From Candidatus Eiseniibacteriota bacterium (GTDB taxonomy: Bacteria; Eisenbacteria; RBG-16-71-46; CAVPCR01), in contig CAVPCR010000001.1 in the NCBI GenBank assembly GCA_963702435.1, positions 1,376,001-1,440,000 of the forward strand: a stretch of 64,000 nt of DNA, written 5' to 3'. Under the pieces are notes generated by a model that was not told the DNA's origin, did no database searches, and saw nothing but the letters and a program-made list of their open reading frames with translations. A program made the position numbers and the translations under genes. Below are positions 61,366 through 64,000 of this stretch, one piece after another. Every line of letters begins with the position of its first letter. The stretch's first letter is position 1.

Positions 61366-63408
61366 ATGACCCAGCCGACTCGCGGCGCCGCCCGGATCGC
61401 CCGCCTGACGACCGCCTGCCTGCTCGCCGCGTTCCTCACCGCCGCTCCGGGATGGACCGCTCAGCCGGGCTGGATCATCGCGTGGGGTGACATGGTGATC
61501 GTCGATCCCTTCGATCTCGACGATCTCGTCGCCGTCGCCGGAGGTCTGGGCCACACCGTGGCGCTCCGCTCCGACAGCACGATCGTGGTCGTGGGATCCA
61601 ACGCCAGTGGAGCGTGCAACGTGCCTCCGCCGAACGCCAACTTCATCGCCGTCGCGGCCGGCAGCGGGCATGCGCTCGCGCTCCGTTCCGAAGGCGCGGT
61701 GGCGGCATGGGGCCTGAACAACGAGGGCCAGTGCGATGTCCCGGCCCCGAACGCCGACTTCGTCGCCGTCGCCGCCGGCACGGAGCACAGCCTCGGCCTC
61801 AAGGCCGACGGCTCGGTCGTCGCCTGGGGCAACAACCAGGCCGGGCAGTGCAATGTCCCGGCGCCGAACGTCGACTTCGTGGCGATCGCCGCCGGCTTCC
61901 GGCACAGCCTCGGCCTCAAGACCGACGGTTCGATCGTCGGCTGGGGCAGCAACGAGTACGGCCAGTGCGTGATCCCGGCGCCGAACCGGGACTTCGTCGC
62001 CATCGCTGCGGGCGGCTATCACAGCCTCGGGCTCAAGGCCGACGGCTCGATCGTGGCGTGGTGGTTCAACAACTGGGGCCAGTGCACGGTGCCTGCCCCC
62101 AACGCGGATTTCGTCGCCGTCTCCTGCGGCGAGTTCCACAGCGTGGGGCGGAAGCGGGACGGCTCGCTCGTCGCGTTCGGCCTCGATGGTCACGGCCAGT
62201 GCACCGTCCCGGCGCCGAACGTGGGCTTCATCGCATCCGCCGCCGGCGGCTATCACACGGTGGGCGTCAGGGATGACGGCTCCTTCGCGGCGTGGGGCAT
62301 GTCCGCGCTGGGCCAGTGCAACGTTCCCGGGAACGACGTGGACTTCGTCGCCGTGAGCGCGGGCGAGTACCTCTCGCTCGGACTCCGCGCCGGCGGCGCC
62401 ATCGTCTCCCTGGGTCCGCCGGTGCCGCTTCCCAACGAGAACTTCACCGGGATCGCCGCCGGGTCCAACCATGAGCTGGGCCTCAAGGTCGACGGCTCGA
62501 TCGTGGCCTGGGGCGACAACTACTACGGCCAGTGCAACGTCCCGGCCCCGAACGCGAGCTTCGTCGCCGCGGCGGCCGGGTCGCGCCACAGCCTCGGGCT
62601 CAAGTCGAACCGTTCGATCGCCGCCTGGGGCAGAAACAACGACGGCGAGTGCGACGTCCCGGCGCCGAACGCGGACTTCATCCAGGTCGCAGCCGGCTAC
62701 CGGCACAGCCTGGCCATCAAGACCGACAGCTCGATCGTGGCCTGGGGTTACAACCTCCGCGGCCAGTGCAACGTCCCGGCGCCGAACACCGGCTTCATCG
62801 CCGTCGACGGCGGAGAGTGGCACAGCCTGGGACTCAAGGCCGATGGTTCGATCGTGGCCTGGGGCGACAACGCCTACGGCCAGTGCGACGTCCCGGCCCC
62901 GAACGCGGACTTCATCCAGGTCGCAGCCGGCGGACTGCACAGCCTCGGGCTCAAGGCCGACGGCACGGTCGTCGCCTGGGGAGCCAACGACCGCGGCCAG
63001 GCGGACCCGCCAGCGCTCAACCGCGACTTCGTCGCCATCGCGAGCTACGGCAACCGGAACCTGGCCGTCCGCGCTGCAAGCATCCTGGCCGCGCCCGCCG
63101 TCCCCGCCGGAAGCGCCGGCCCGAGTGGCGGTCCCCCGACCATCGCCGCCGCCGCACCGAATCCCTTCCGCACCGGGACCACGCTCGCGATCGACCTCGC
63201 GGCGGCCGGCGACGTGATGGTGCACGTGTACGACGCATCGGGGCGCCTCGTCCACACGCTCGCCGTCCGCAGCGCCGGGCGCGGACGTCAGGCGATCGCC
63301 TGGGACGGGTGCGACGCCCGCGGCCGCCCCGTCCCTGCCGGCCTGTACCTCGTGCGCTGCACGACCGATCGAGGCGCCGGCACGACGAAGCTGATCCGCC
63401 TCCGCTGA
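61366..63408 (+). CDS. Secreted RCC1/BLIP-II-repeat protein with C-terminal FlgD-like Ig domain
   Basis: Signal peptide; about 14 39-aa repeats FVAVAAGxxHSLGLKADGSIVAWGxNxxGQCxVPAPN; APNPF...VYDASGRLVHTL...WDGCDARGRPVPAGLY. Confidence 0.9.
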   Translation: MTQPTRGAARIARLTTACLLAAFLTAAPGWTAQPGWIIAWGDMVIVDPFDLDDLVAVAGGLGHTVALRSDSTIVVVGSNASGACNVPPPNANFIAVAAGSGHALALRSEGAVAAWGLNNEGQCDVPAPNADFVAVAAGTEHSLGLKADGSVVAWGNNQAGQCNVPAPNVDFVAIAAGFRHSLGLKTDGSIVGWGSNEYGQCVIPAPNRDFVAIAAGGYHSLGLKADGSIVAWWFNNWGQCTVPAPNADFVAVSCGEFHSVGRKRDGSLVAFGLDGHGQCTVPAPNVGFIASAAGGYHTVGVRDDGSFAAWGMSALGQCNVPGNDVDFVAVSAGEYLSLGLRAGGAIVSLGPPVPLPNENFTGIAAGSNHELGLKVDGSIVAWGDNYYGQCNVPAPNASFVAAAAGSRHSLGLKSNRSIAAWGRNNDGECDVPAPNADFIQVAAGYRHSLAIKTDSSIVAWGYNLRGQCNVPAPNTGFIAVDGGEWHSLGLKADGSIVAWGDNAYGQCDVPAPNADFIQVAAGGLHSLGLKADGTVVAWGANDRGQADPPALNRDFVAIASYGNRNLAVRAASILAAPAVPAGSAGPSGGPPTIAAAAPNPFRTGTTLAIDLAAAGDVMVHVYDASGRLVHTLAVRSAGRGRQAIAWDGCDARGRPVPAGLYLVRCTTDRGAGTTKLIRLR

Positions 63409-63431
63409 GCTGAGGCGTATACTCCCCCGCC

Positions 63432-64000
63432 ATGACCCGCGAGATCGAGAAGCCCTTCATCGGCCGCACCTACGACGACTTCCTCGTCCGCCCCGACCTG
63501 GGCGTCGTCACCTCGCGGCGCGACGTCGCGCTCACCTCGCCTCTCTCCCGGCACCTGACGCTCGAGTTCCCGGTCGTCTCCGCCAACATGGACAGCGTCA
63601 CCGAGCTGCCGATGGCGAAGACCATGGCCCTCGAGGGAGGCCTCGGCTTCATTCATCGCGGCATGTCGATCGCCGAGCAGGTCGCGATGGTGAAGCGGGT
63701 GAAGCGGAGCCACGGCCACATCGTCGAGCAGCCGCTCTCGCTCCCGCGCGACGTGACCATCCGCGAGGCGATGGAGTTCATCCGGCAGCACCACATCACG
63801 GGCATCCTGATCGAGGAAGGATCCGGCAACCGCATCCTCGCCGGGCTCCTCTCCAATCGCGACATCCCGTGGACCGACGACCATCTCGACCAGAGGGTCG
63901 ACCGCTTCATGACCCCGCGCGATCGGCTGGTCACCGCGCGCCCGGGGATCGCGGTCGGCGAGGCCGAGCGGGTCATGTTCGAGCACCGGATCGAGAAGCT
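63432..64000 (+). CDS. guaB: IMP dehydrogenase (with CBS domains), 5' part; runs off the window edge
   Basis: Not in the ORF track; translated by hand: MTREIEKPFIGRTYDDFLVRP...PVVSANMDSVTE..MA...GGLGFIHR...VKRVKRS then CBS domains. Confidence 0.9.
   Translation, partial: MTREIEKPFIGRTYDDFLVRPDLGVVTSRRDVALTSPLSRHLTLEFPVVSANMDSVTELPMAKTMALEGGLGFIHRGMSIAEQVAMVKRVKRSHGHIVEQPLSLPRDVTIREAMEFIRQHHITGILIEEGSGNRILAGLLSNRDIPWTDDHLDQRVDRFMTPRDRLVTARPGIAVGEAERVMFEHRIEK

Overview
A 64 kb, very GC-rich, gene-dense bacterial chromosomal segment. Secreted proteins ending in FlgD-like Ig domains or a TWGxIKxxY tail suggest an FCB-related candidate lineage such as Eisenbacteria, Latescibacterota or Krumholzibacteriota (inference). 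Most of it is housekeeping or metabolic: atoE, an APC permease, cysE-cysK, tldD-tldE, secD-secF, pdxJ, tatD-rsmA, hsp20, metG, trmO, rex, gyrA, a glutamine synthetase-family gene, dinB and guaB. Points of note are: (1) two toxin-antitoxin pairs sitting in decayed integron-type cassettes bounded by attC-like sites, with no integrase in the window; (2) two C-terminal sorting-signal types on five unrelated secreted proteins; (3) an uncharacterised outer-membrane barrel followed by three related lipoproteins, two duplicated with their leader and 3' hairpin; (4) a sigma54-type operon of a fused NfnAB and an 8-Cys rubrerythrin-like protein; (5) a non-RD kinase-STAND-TPR protein with a tandem repeat in its activation loop; (6) a lower-GC membrane/TPR gene split at a G12 tract; (7) a GyrA with an unusual QRDR and an extreme acidic tail; (8) several probable leaderless genes. 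I saw no rRNA, tRNA, CRISPR array, transposase or integrase. All family calls come from motif recognition by eye, not database searches.
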